Shown: piece by piece, positions 45,201 to 53,940 of the stretch
Numbering within the stretch: position 1 is the first letter of the stretch
How the letters are laid out: each line of letters starts with the position of its first letter
From: Rhodospirillales bacterium RIFCSPLOWO2_02_FULL_58_16
Lineage (GTDB): Bacteria; Pseudomonadota; Alphaproteobacteria; Rhodospirillales; 2-02-FULL-58-16
Direction of reading: 5' to 3'
Assembly (NCBI GenBank): GCA_001830425.1
Contig: MIAA01000016.1
Location: forward strand, 164,663 to 228,662
Length of the DNA: 64,000 nucleotides
Position numbers and translations under genes: made by a program
Notes under the pieces: model-generated
The model's input: the letters and a program-made list of their open reading frames with translations, nothing else
Databases searched by the model: none
What the model was told of the DNA's origin: nothing

Positions 45201-46724
45201 ATGAGGATCGTGGCGCTGACGGCGTTGGGTCTGTTGCTTATGGCGCCGCCGGCGTCAGCCAAGGGAGACAAGGGCAACGGCGAAATCGTCTATAAAAAGC
45301 GGTGCGTGTGGTGCCATGGCGAAGAGGGCGACGGCGCCGGCGCCGGGGGCGAGATGACCAAGATAATTAACCCGCCGCCTCGGGATTTCACGTCGGGCAT
45401 GTTCAAGATCAAGACCTCGCCGTTCGGCTCGGATTTTCCCAATGACGCCGACATCTACCGCATGATCAGCGACGGCATGCCGGGAACGGTGATGCCGGGA
45501 TGGAAGTCGATCCTCAAAGAGCCGGAGATGTGGGACCTGGTGGCCTATATCAAGACCTTCGCCGAACTGGAAGCCGAACCCGGCAAGACGGTGGATTACG
45601 GAACCCAGGTCAAGACCTCTCCCGAAAGCATCGAAAAGGGGTCCAAGCTGTTCCATGACGGTGATCGTTGCTCCGAATGCCACGGCGCCGAGGGCAAGGG
45701 TAACGCCATCAAAGCGCTGAAAGGCGATAACGGCGAGCGCACCTGGCCGAGGAATCTGACCAAGCCGTGGACGTTCCGCGCCTCCAACGATCCCAAGGAA
45801 ATCTTTACCCGCGTTTCGACCGGCATTTCCGGCACCCAGATGCCGTCGTTTGACGATCCCAAGAGCAACAAAAAGTTGACGGTCGAGGAACGCTGGCATG
45901 TCGCCAACTACGTCAACTCGCTGGCCAAGACCGACAAGACGGTGAAGGCCGAGAACACGGTGGTCAAGGCCGACAAGGTCGCCGGCGACCTGCCCGCCGA
46001 TACCGCTGATCCGGCGTGGGACAAACCGACGCCCTCGACTTTCCTGCTGGTGCCGCAGGTTATCTACAAGGATCGCGTTTTCTCGTCGGCCAACGACACC
46101 ATCACGGCCCGCGCCATGTTTAACGACAAGGAAGTGGCCATCCTGCTGGAATGGGACGACCGCACCAAAAGCATTCCCGGCGACAAGGACGCCGTCAAGA
46201 TCGCCAATCCCGAAATGGGACCGGATCGGGTGGCCGTGCAGTTGCCGATCGCCATCCCGGAAGGCATGAAAAAGCCCTACTTCATCAAGGGCGATACCGC
46301 CAACCCGGTTAATCTGTGGTCGTGGAGTTCGGGAACCGCCGAGGCTGCGGAAAGCGTCGGCCTCGGCAACGGAACCGGCGTTGACGCCGTCGAAGAACGT
46401 GACGCGGCGGCAGTCGGCCTGACCGCCAAGGGCGTCTACAAGGACGGCACCTGGCGGGTGATGATGAAACGCCCGCTGACCGCAGGCAACGCGGAGACCG
46501 ACATTCAGTTCCAGGAAGGCCGCTTTATTCCCATCGCTTTCCAGAGTTGGGACGGATCGAGCAGCGAAATCGGAAGCAAGCACACGCTGACCACATGGTA
46601 CTGGATTCTGCTGAAACCGGCCTCCAGCAACAAACCGCTGATTGTCGGCCTGATTCTGGCCTTGTTGGTGTTCGCCGCCGAAATAATGTGGGCGCGTTCA
46701 GCCGGTAAAAACAAAGACGCTTAA
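45201..46724 (+). CDS. dihaem cytochrome c fused to an EB_dh (type II DMSO-reductase gamma-subunit-like haem b) domain and C-terminal TM anchor
   Basis: CVWCHGEEGDG and CSECHGAEGKG are followed by ARAMFNDKEVAILLEWDD...DRVAVQLPIAI...WRVMMKRPL...IAFQSWDGS, which is typical of ethylbenzene-dehydrogenase/NxrC-like haem-b domains. The track ORF begins at 45117. Confidence 0.65.
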   Translation: MRIVALTALGLLLMAPPASAKGDKGNGEIVYKKRCVWCHGEEGDGAGAGGEMTKIINPPPRDFTSGMFKIKTSPFGSDFPNDADIYRMISDGMPGTVMPGWKSILKEPEMWDLVAYIKTFAELEAEPGKTVDYGTQVKTSPESIEKGSKLFHDGDRCSECHGAEGKGNAIKALKGDNGERTWPRNLTKPWTFRASNDPKEIFTRVSTGISGTQMPSFDDPKSNKKLTVEERWHVANYVNSLAKTDKTVKAENTVVKADKVAGDLPADTADPAWDKPTPSTFLLVPQVIYKDRVFSSANDTITARAMFNDKEVAILLEWDDRTKSIPGDKDAVKIANPEMGPDRVAVQLPIAIPEGMKKPYFIKGDTANPVNLWSWSSGTAEAAESVGLGNGTGVDAVEERDAAAVGLTAKGVYKDGTWRVMMKRPLTAGNAETDIQFQEGRFIPIAFQSWDGSSSEIGSKHTLTTWYWILLKPASSNKPLIVGLILALLVFAAEIMWARSAGKNKDA

Positions 46725-46726
46725 GC

Positions 46727-48187
46727 ATGGCCATAGCGCCGCAGGCTTCTTTTGTCGAGGCGCCGCCGGAGGACGAGTCCGGTCGGTTCAAACGCATTCT
46801 GGTGGCGTTGGACGCTTCCGACCATGCCGACCGGGCGCTGGCGGAGGCGCTGAGGCTGGTCAATACGTCCGATGGCGTCATCATCGGCATCCATGCCTAC
46901 GCCGCTAAACTTCATGACCGTCGCTTCCGCCAGATGGAAGGCGGTCTGCCGGAGCGCTATCTCGAAGAACAGGAGATGGAGCGCCAGCGCGAGGTTCATG
47001 ACAGCCTGATCACCCGTGGCCTTGACATCATCAGCGACAGTTATCACGACGCCGCCGAACGTTCCTGCAAGGAAGCCGGCCGGCCTTACCAACGCCTCAG
47101 CCCGGAAGGAAAGAATTACCGGCGGATTGTGGAAGCCGTGGAAAACGGCGACTACAGCCTTTTGGCGCTCGGCGCCCTGGGCCTGGGCGGCATTCCGGGC
47201 AGCGTGATCGGCTCCGTCTGTGAGCGGGTGGTCCGGCGCAGCGCCATTGATGTGTTGGTCATCCGCGATCCGGAAAGGGCTATCGGCGACGGCCCCGTCG
47301 TCGTCGGCGTGGACGGCTCGGCGCAGTCCTTCGGGGCGCTGAAAACCGGCTTTGCGATCAGCCGTCGGCTGGGGATTCCGCTTCACGCGGTGGCGGCTTA
47401 CGATCCTTATTACCATTATGTGGCCTTCAACAAGATCGCCGGCGTGCTCAGCGACGAGGCCGGCAAGGTGTTCCGCTTCAAGGAGCAGGAAAAACTTCAC
47501 GAGGAGCTTATCGACGACGGCCTCGCCAAGATTTATCAGGCGCATCTGGAAGTCGCCCGCGTCATGGCCGAGGAAGAAGGCGTTAAACTTACCCTTGAAT
47601 TGCTTGACGGCAAGCCGTACCGGGCGATTGCCGATTACCTGGGAAAAGTCGGGGCAAGCCTGCTGATAATCGGCAAGATCGGCATTCACGCCGATTCCTA
47701 CCTTGATATCGGCGGCAACGCCGAGAACCTGCTGCGGACGGCGCCCTGCCATGTATGGCTCGGGCGGACGACTTATGTCCCGCCGCTGGACGTAGTCGCC
47801 GAGGAAACCATGACCTGGAGCAACGAAGCCGAAGAGATGCTCAACCGGGCGCCGGAATTCGCTCGCGGCATGGCGCGCACGGCGGTGATGAGGCTGGCCC
47901 AGGACAGCGGCCACACCTTCATTACCAGGAGCATGGTGGAAGAGGTCGCCAAAAAATTAATGCCGGGAGGCGGCGGCGGAAAGTGTCCTTATTCAGGCCA
48001 AGACAAGGAGAAGGCAAAGCAGGAACTTACCTGGACCGATGAGGCGACGGCTCTGGTCGAGGGGCTGAATGACAAGGCCCTGGCCGGCAATATCCGCCTG
48101 CGCGCTGAAAAGTCGGCCCATCGCGAGGGGAGGGAGAAAGTAAAGGCCGTTGATGTCCTGAAGTTTCTTGACGGCGGCGGGGAATAG
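46727..48187 (+). CDS. tandem universal-stress-protein domains fused to two PCP_red-like domains
   Basis: 486 aa with two USP modules (ILVALDASDHADRAL...; VVVGVDGSAQS...). Two repeats follow of the type W..EAE..L.R.P.F.R......V (MTWSNEAEEMLNRAPEFARGMART; LTWTDEATALVEGL), as in the BchB/ChlB C-terminal domain. Confidence 0.6.
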   Translation: MAIAPQASFVEAPPEDESGRFKRILVALDASDHADRALAEALRLVNTSDGVIIGIHAYAAKLHDRRFRQMEGGLPERYLEEQEMERQREVHDSLITRGLDIISDSYHDAAERSCKEAGRPYQRLSPEGKNYRRIVEAVENGDYSLLALGALGLGGIPGSVIGSVCERVVRRSAIDVLVIRDPERAIGDGPVVVGVDGSAQSFGALKTGFAISRRLGIPLHAVAAYDPYYHYVAFNKIAGVLSDEAGKVFRFKEQEKLHEELIDDGLAKIYQAHLEVARVMAEEEGVKLTLELLDGKPYRAIADYLGKVGASLLIIGKIGIHADSYLDIGGNAENLLRTAPCHVWLGRTTYVPPLDVVAEETMTWSNEAEEMLNRAPEFARGMARTAVMRLAQDSGHTFITRSMVEEVAKKLMPGGGGGKCPYSGQDKEKAKQELTWTDEATALVEGLNDKALAGNIRLRAEKSAHREGREKVKAVDVLKFLDGGGE

Positions 48188-48192
48188 AGGCC

Positions 48193-49470
48193 GTGGCGAC
48201 CGCAAAACATCCTTTTCTGGTGGCCCTGAACCTGACGCGGCGCTGTAACCTGAATTGCGGCCATTGCTATCTCGACGCCGGCGTCCGCAGGCGCGGCGAT
48301 AATGAACTTTCCACCGCCGAGGTGAAGGCGGTTCTTGACGGCATCGCCTCGTTGAGCGACGAAACCATGGTCGTGTTGACCGGCGGCGAGCCGATGATGC
48401 GGGCCGATGTTCCTGAACTGGCCCGTCACGCCCATAGCCTGGGCCTGATGGCGGTGGTGGGAACCAACGGCACGATGCTGGATGACGGGCGGGTGGCGGA
48501 GCTGAAAGAATCGGGGGTGCAGGGCGTCGGGGTCAGCCTGGATTCTCTCAATCCCGGGCATCATGACGCTTTTCGCGGCCTGTCCGGCGCCTGGGACAAG
48601 ACGATGGCGTCCATCGAAGCCTGCCGGCGCGGCGGCCTCGGGTTTCAGATTCATTTTTCGGTCACCGACGACAACGCCGACGAACTGGACGATATGATCG
48701 CCTTCGCCAAGTCGTCCGGCGCGTTGGTTCTGAATGTCTTTTTTCTGGTATGCACCGGACGCGGCGAGAAGGCGACCAATATCTCCCATGATGTCTACGA
48801 GCGGGTTCTGAGAAAGGTCACCAGGGCCGCTCATGATGAACAGGAATTGATCGTGCGGGCCAAATGCGCTCCGCACTTCAAGCGCATGGCGATGGAACTG
48901 GACCCGGCATGGCCGATTACCCTGGCCCACGGCTATGAGGCGGGAGGATGTCTGGCCGGAACCCGCTATTGCCGGGTCACGCCGGAAGGCGAAGTAACGC
49001 CCTGTCCCTATATGGAGAACTCCGCCGGCTCCGTCCGCGACCGGGGTTTCGCCGAAATATGGCGCAATGCGCCGCTGTTCAAGGCGCTGCGGACGCCGAA
49101 GCTGGAGGGCCGCTGCGGGAAATGCGAGTATATGAAAATTTGCGGCGGCTGCCGGGCGCGTCCCCAGGCGCGGAGCGGCGGGCTTATGGAGGAGGACTTC
49201 CTGTGCGACTACCAACCAAAAGGCGGCGCGGTGATCGAGCCGCAGCAGGAGGGGGCGGCGGCGCTTCCGTGGTCTGTGGAGGCCGAGGCGCGGTTGAAAA
49301 GGGCGCCTTCCTTCCTGCGCCGGATGATCCGCAAGCGCACCGAGGACTACGCCCGCGACAACGGACATGCTATGGTGACCGTTGACGATATGCAAAAGCT
49401 GATGAAGCGGCGTTTCGGAAATGCCGGGCCGCGTATGAAAATACCGGGGAGGACGGGCGTTGACGGTTGA
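48193..49470 (+). CDS. radical SAM/SPASM enzyme of the NirJ/AhbC/AhbD type with C-terminal PCP_red-like domain
   Basis: CNLNCGHCY cluster motif, LTGGEP, VFFLVCTGRG, and the C-terminal Cys cluster CGKCEYMKICGGCRAR are present. These are followed by LPWSVEAEARLKRAPSFLRRMIRKRTEDYA. Confidence 0.7.
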   Translation: MATAKHPFLVALNLTRRCNLNCGHCYLDAGVRRRGDNELSTAEVKAVLDGIASLSDETMVVLTGGEPMMRADVPELARHAHSLGLMAVVGTNGTMLDDGRVAELKESGVQGVGVSLDSLNPGHHDAFRGLSGAWDKTMASIEACRRGGLGFQIHFSVTDDNADELDDMIAFAKSSGALVLNVFFLVCTGRGEKATNISHDVYERVLRKVTRAAHDEQELIVRAKCAPHFKRMAMELDPAWPITLAHGYEAGGCLAGTRYCRVTPEGEVTPCPYMENSAGSVRDRGFAEIWRNAPLFKALRTPKLEGRCGKCEYMKICGGCRARPQARSGGLMEEDFLCDYQPKGGAVIEPQQEGAAALPWSVEAEARLKRAPSFLRRMIRKRTEDYARDNGHAMVTVDDMQKLMKRRFGNAGPRMKIPGRTGVDG

Positions 49471-50845
49471 TGCGGCGATTATCGGAGGAGGCATCTCCGG
49501 GCTGGCCTGCGCCTGGGACCTGAAGCGTCGCGGCCGGCGGGTGGTGGTGCTGGAGCGCCAGGCCGATCCCGGCGGCAGCGCCTGTTCGGAGCGCCTCGGC
49601 GGCGGCTTCCTGATGGAGCACGGGCCGAGCACGGTCAACGCCGGTTCCGACATCGCCAATGATTTCTCCGGGATGCTTGGGCTTAACGGCGAACGCTGCA
49701 ACCTCGGCGGCGGCGTGCGGCGGCGCTATCTGGTCGGCGGCGGCGTCCTTCGCGGCCTGTCGGTAAGTTCCATGGGCTTTTTCCTTTCCGGATACATGTC
49801 CCTTAGGGGAAAGCTGCGTCTGCTCGGCGAGTTTGCGGTTCCCGCCGCCGCCGACGGCAAGGAAGAAACGGTGGCGGAGTTCTGCGTTCGCCGGTTCGGC
49901 CCGGAGTTTCTGGAACGGATTATTGATCCCATGGTCGCCGGCATTTATGCCGGACGCGCCGACGAGCTTTCCGTCTCCGCCGTGTTTCCCAAGCTGGTCG
50001 AACTGGAGCAGAAGTACGGCGCCGTTTCACGCGGGTTGCTGCGCCGTCACAAGCGCGGCGTCAGGATGCCGAGCAGCCGTCTGTTTTCCTGGCAGGACGG
50101 CATTGCTTCTCTTCCCCGCGCCCTCGCCGCCGACCTCGGCGAGGCGGTGCGCGCCGGGATCACGGTGCGCGGGCTTCAGGCGGTTTCCGGCGGATTCAAG
50201 GTGGATGCGGGTCCGGCGGGGGCGTTCGCCGCAAGGTCGGTGATTATCGCCACCCAGCCTCATGTGGCGGCGCGGCTGCTGGAAGGCGTCGACAATGACG
50301 CCGCCTGCGCCGCCGGAGAAATTGACGCGCCGCCGTTGGCCGTAGCCTTTTTCGGCTTTGAACGCCGGCAGGTGGATCATCCGCTTGACGGCCTCGGCTT
50401 CCTGACGTCCCGCAAGGAAGGGCGCTCGTTGAGCGGCGCTCAATTTTGCTCCACCATGTTTCCCGGACGCGCCCCGGAGGGACATGTCGGCGTCGCCGGA
50501 TATCTCGGCGGCGCCAGGTCGCCGGAACTGGCGAGACTGCCGAGAGAGGAACTGCTCGATCTGGCGCTCGAAGATTTCCGCAAGCTGATCGGCGTCAAGG
50601 GAGAGCCTGTGGTTGCCCAGGTGCGGCACTGGCCGCTGGGCCTGCCGCAATACAGGATCGGCCACCAGGAGCGCACGACTTGTCTGAAAAATGCCGGTCA
50701 GCGCCGGCCCGGCCTGTTCGTTACCGGAAATTATTTTCACGGCCCCTCGGTCGCCTCCTGTTTGGCCATGTCGAGGGAAACCGCCTCCGGCGTTCACGGC
50801 TTTCTTGACGAAATCCGGCCCGCCGACCGGAGCGCGGTATTATAA
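49460..50845 (+). CDS. hemY: HemY-type FAD-dependent protoporphyrinogen/coproporphyrinogen oxidase
   Basis: 461 aa. It has the AAIIGGGISGLACAW dinucleotide fold and PGLFVTGNYFHGPSV at the C-terminus. Confidence 0.75.
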   Translation: MTVDAAIIGGGISGLACAWDLKRRGRRVVVLERQADPGGSACSERLGGGFLMEHGPSTVNAGSDIANDFSGMLGLNGERCNLGGGVRRRYLVGGGVLRGLSVSSMGFFLSGYMSLRGKLRLLGEFAVPAAADGKEETVAEFCVRRFGPEFLERIIDPMVAGIYAGRADELSVSAVFPKLVELEQKYGAVSRGLLRRHKRGVRMPSSRLFSWQDGIASLPRALAADLGEAVRAGITVRGLQAVSGGFKVDAGPAGAFAARSVIIATQPHVAARLLEGVDNDAACAAGEIDAPPLAVAFFGFERRQVDHPLDGLGFLTSRKEGRSLSGAQFCSTMFPGRAPEGHVGVAGYLGGARSPELARLPREELLDLALEDFRKLIGVKGEPVVAQVRHWPLGLPQYRIGHQERTTCLKNAGQRRPGLFVTGNYFHGPSVASCLAMSRETASGVHGFLDEIRPADRSAVL

Positions 50846-50951
50846 TACCGCTCCGGCAAGGCGCGATAATCCTGTGGTATTTCACGTTGACTTGCAGATA
50901 TTCTGTGGCATACTCCGCCCCCCGCGAAGATGAATCAGGATATGATGCGCG

Positions 50952-51416
50952 ATGAAGACCTATTCCGCCAAGCCTTCCGAAGTTGTGAGAAAATGGTACG
51001 TTATTGATGCCGAGGATGTCGTTCTCGGGCGTCTTTCCGCCGTTATCGCCGCACGCCTGCGCGGCAAGGACAAAACCATTTACACGCCGCACATTGATTG
51101 CGGCGACAATGTCATCGTGATCAACGCCGAAAAGGTCAAGTTGACCGGAAACAAGCGCAAGGACAAGGTGTTCCACTGGCATACCGGATATCCCGGCGGC
51201 ATCAAGGAACGTCGCGTGGAAACGATCCTCGGCGGCAAGCATCCGGAAAGAGTGGTGATCAAGGCCGTCGAACGGATGATCTCGCGCATACCTCTCGGCC
51301 GCCGGCAGATGCGCAAATTGCATGTCTACGCCGGGAGCGAGCATCCGCACACGGCGCAAAGTCCGGAAGTTCTCGACGTGGCGGCGATGAACCCGAAAAA
51401 TAAAAGGAGCGCATAA
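50952..51416 (+). CDS. rplM: 50S ribosomal protein L13
   Basis: [29 protein letters not shown] is canonical. Confidence 0.95.
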   Translation: MKTYSAKPSEVVRKWYVIDAEDVVLGRLSAVIAARLRGKDKTIYTPHIDCGDNVIVINAEKVKLTGNKRKDKVFHWHTGYPGGIKERRVETILGGKHPERVVIKAVERMISRIPLGRRQMRKLHVYAGSEHPHTAQSPEVLDVAAMNPKNKRSA

Positions 51417-51419
51417 GGC

Positions 51420-51938
51420 ATGGCTGAGGGAACAAAAACCTTGGGTGATCTTAAGGGCCTTAAGACTCTCGTTACTCCCGTTGTCGCCAAGGGCGTCGTC
51501 GCTGCGGCGGAAGAACCTGCGGCGGCGCGCAAAGAGCCGGTAAAAGACGCCCAGGGCCGCTCACGGGCGACCGGAAAGCGCAAAAACGCCGTCGCCCGCG
51601 TATGGATCAAGCCCGGACCCGGCAAGATCACGGTGAACGGACGGGACTCTAAAAGTTATTTCGCCCGCCCGGTGCTGCGGATGCTGATCAACCAGCCGTT
51701 CGCCTGCGCCGGCCGCGAAGGCCAGTTTGACGTGTTTTGCACGGTCAAGGGCGGCGGTTTGTCCGGTCAGGCCGGCGCCGTTCGTCAGGGCATCAGCAAG
51801 GCGTTGACCCTGTTCGAGCCGGGATTGCGCCCGCCGTTGAAGGCCGGCGGCTTCCTGACCCGCGACTCCCGCGTCGTCGAGCGCAAGAAGTACGGCAAGC
51901 GCAAGGCCCGCCGCAGCTTCCAGTTCTCCAAGCGATAA
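51420..51938 (+). CDS. rpsI: 30S ribosomal protein S9
   Basis: The C-terminus [25 protein letters not shown] is canonical. It has a long N-terminal extension. Confidence 0.93.
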   Translation: MAEGTKTLGDLKGLKTLVTPVVAKGVVAAAEEPAAARKEPVKDAQGRSRATGKRKNAVARVWIKPGPGKITVNGRDSKSYFARPVLRMLINQPFACAGREGQFDVFCTVKGGGLSGQAGAVRQGISKALTLFEPGLRPPLKAGGFLTRDSRVVERKKYGKRKARRSFQFSKR

Positions 51939-51970
51939 ACTTCGCAAGAAGCCGCTTCTGTTTTATGATA

Positions 51971-51997
51971 GGGCGTCCCTTGCGGGGCGCCCTTTTC
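51971..51997 (+). terminator. probable terminator after rpsI
   Basis: The imperfect GC stem GGGCGTCCC-TTGC-GGGGCGCCC is followed by TTTTC. Confidence 0.4.
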
Positions 51998-52023
51998 ATT
52001 TCAGCCATGCGGAGTCACCGGCC

Positions 52024-53076
52024 ATGAGCATATCCAAAAAAGTCATCAAGGCGGTTATTGTCGGCGCCAGCGGTTACACCGGCGCCGAACTGGCGCGGAT
52101 TCTGGCCGGGCACGGCGCCGTCCGGATCGTCGCCGCGACCGCCGACCGCAAGGCGGGGACGGCCTTCGGCGAGGCGTTTCCTCACCTTGCCGGGGCGGCT
52201 GTTCCCGATCTGGTTTCGCTTGACCGGGTGGACTGGACCGGGGTTGACGCGGCCTTTTGTTGCCTGCCTCACGGCGCCTCGCAAGAGATTATCGCCGCCC
52301 TGCCGGAGCGGGTCAGGGTGATCGACCTTTCGGCGGATTTCCGTCTCGCCGACGGGGACCTGTACGCCCAATGGTACGGCGCAAAACACAAGGCCATGAA
52401 ATTGCAGAAAGAAGCGGTGTACGGGTTGAGCGAACTGGCCCGCGCCGAGATCGCCGGGGCGCGGCTGGTGGCCTGTCCCGGCTGCTATCCGACTTCGGCT
52501 CAGTTGCCGCTGATTCCGCTTGTAAAGGCCGGCCTGATCGACGCCGACGACATTATTATCGACGCCAAGTCGGGCGTCAGCGGCGCGGGCCGGGCGCTCA
52601 AGGAGACTTCGTTATATGCCGAGGCGGCGGAGGGCATCAGCGCCTACGGCATCGCCGGCCATCGGCATATTCCCGAGATCGAACAGGGCCTGGGGCGGGC
52701 GCGGGGAAGGCCGGTGGCGATCAGTTTTACTCCCCATCTGACGCCGATGAACCGGGGCATCCTTTCCACCATCTATGTCAAGATGGCCAAGGGCAAGGAG
52801 GCCTCCGACCTGCGGGACGCTCTGGTCGAATGCTACCGGGGCGAGCCTTTCGTGCGGATTACGGCTATGGGCGTTATCCCCTCCACCCGTCATGTTCGCG
52901 GTTCCAACTACTGCCTGATCGGCGTCTTCGCCGACCGGCCGGCGGGGCGGGCCGTGATCGTCTCCGTCATCGACAATCTGGTTAAGGGAGCCTCCGGCCA
53001 GGCGGTGCAGAACATGAACATCATGTTCGGCCTGCCGGAAACCATGGGCCTGGAACAACAACCGCTGTTCCCGTGA
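52024..53076 (+). CDS. argC: N-acetyl-gamma-glutamyl-phosphate reductase
   Basis: 350 aa with VGASGYTGAEL and the active-site region ACPGCYPTS. Confidence 0.9.
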   Translation: MSISKKVIKAVIVGASGYTGAELARILAGHGAVRIVAATADRKAGTAFGEAFPHLAGAAVPDLVSLDRVDWTGVDAAFCCLPHGASQEIIAALPERVRVIDLSADFRLADGDLYAQWYGAKHKAMKLQKEAVYGLSELARAEIAGARLVACPGCYPTSAQLPLIPLVKAGLIDADDIIIDAKSGVSGAGRALKETSLYAEAAEGISAYGIAGHRHIPEIEQGLGRARGRPVAISFTPHLTPMNRGILSTIYVKMAKGKEASDLRDALVECYRGEPFVRITAMGVIPSTRHVRGSNYCLIGVFADRPAGRAVIVSVIDNLVKGASGQAVQNMNIMFGLPETMGLEQQPLFP

Positions 53077-53086
53077 GGGGGGGCAG

Positions 53087-53275
53087 ATGACGATCCCGAA
53101 GAAAGTTCGCGAAGCGATTCACTTGTCGGCCGGCGACGTAGTCGCCGTGGATGTCGAGGGGGACCGGGTCTCCCTGCGCAAGGTGACGTCGGGCGACGAT
53201 TACGTCAGGGCCGTTCACGCCACGCTGACCGAATGGACCGACCCTGAGGATGAGGAAGCCTGGCGTGACCTATGA
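53087..53275 (+). CDS. AbrB/MazE/SpoVT-type antitoxin
   Basis: 62 aa. MTIPKKVREAIHLSAGDVVAVDVEGDRVSLRKV is a swapped-hairpin barrel motif. Confidence 0.75.
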   Translation: MTIPKKVREAIHLSAGDVVAVDVEGDRVSLRKVTSGDDYVRAVHATLTEWTDPEDEEAWRDL

Positions 53276-53361
53276 ACCGTTCGACGTGGTGGTCGTTCCT
53301 TTCCCGTTTTCAGACAGATTTGCCGCCAAAAAACGTCCGGCTGTCGTCGTGTCGGGAATTG
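53265..53361 (+). pseudogene. MazF/PemK-type toxin gene truncated after about 32 codons by a family-2 repeat
   Basis: VTYEPFDVVVVPFPFSDRFAAKKRPAVVVSGIV is the PemK N-terminus. The reading frame then runs into repeat sequence (GQQRRRDTEKKGK) and stops. No remainder lies downstream. Confidence 0.65.
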
Positions 53362-53466
53362 TTTTTGGACAACAGAGACGCAGAGACACAGAGAAGAAAG
53401 GGAAAAATAAGTTTTTGAATTGTAAGAAGCGCATTTAAATCTTCTCTGTGCCTCTGCGGTTAACGC
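53362..53466. repeat. family-2 CACAGAGGC palindromic repeat (subfamily b) inserted in toxin gene
   Basis: Aligns with 53941-54050 and 18025-18144. Confidence 0.8.
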
Positions 53467-53568
53467 CGACAAAAAAATTCCCCTGCCCCCCTTATCTCCC
53501 TTGCATCCCCATATCTCCTTTTTATTACGAAGGAGAATTAAAGGGACGCAGTATTTAATTCCATAAAC

Positions 53569-53898
53569 CTACCGGACATTGCCGGCATCCTCCAGACTGA
53601 TCATCATCCGTTTGCCGAGCGCCAGCGCCGCCCGGTGCAGGGTATCAAGCTGAACCTTGTCGTTACAGGGGTCGAGCAGGCGGTCGAGCTGGCTTAGGCT
53701 GGTTTTCATGCGGGCGGCCATTTTTGCCTTGGTTACGCCCTGATCGCTCATGGCCTGTTCGATCTGCCACGCCAGAACCCGCTTGATAGCTAATGAGGTG
53801 GTTTCTTCGTAGGTTCCTTCATTCTTGAGAAAGCCCTCAAAGGAGGAGCCGACCTTGCCTTTGGCGGCGGTTTTTGTTTTCTGTTTTGCCTTTGTCAT
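53569..53898 (-). CDS. XRE/HigA-like helix-turn-helix antitoxin, orphan
   Basis: 109 aa. The pattern FEGFLKNEG.YEE...AIKRVLAWQIEQAM...GVTKAKMAARMKTSLSQLDRLLDP is typical of HigA-like antitoxins. No toxin ORF lies upstream. Confidence 0.65.
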   Translation of the reverse strand: MTKAKQKTKTAAKGKVGSSFEGFLKNEGTYEETTSLAIKRVLAWQIEQAMSDQGVTKAKMAARMKTSLSQLDRLLDPCNDKVQLDTLHRAALALGKRMMISLEDAGNVR

Positions 53899-53940
53899 TA
53901 TCCAATCTCCTTCTTCCGGCGCATTGACTTGGAAAACATG

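Noticed and set aside
20232-50845. Canonical nos accessory genes (nosD, nosL, nosR, nosX/apbE) and a Rieske iron-sulfur protein within the island
   Set aside because: No ORF shows a beta-helix NosD-like repeat, a NosL lipoprotein pattern, a NosR FMN/ferredoxin architecture, or CxH...CxxH Rieske motifs. Their absence is used as evidence in the findings rather than reported as features.
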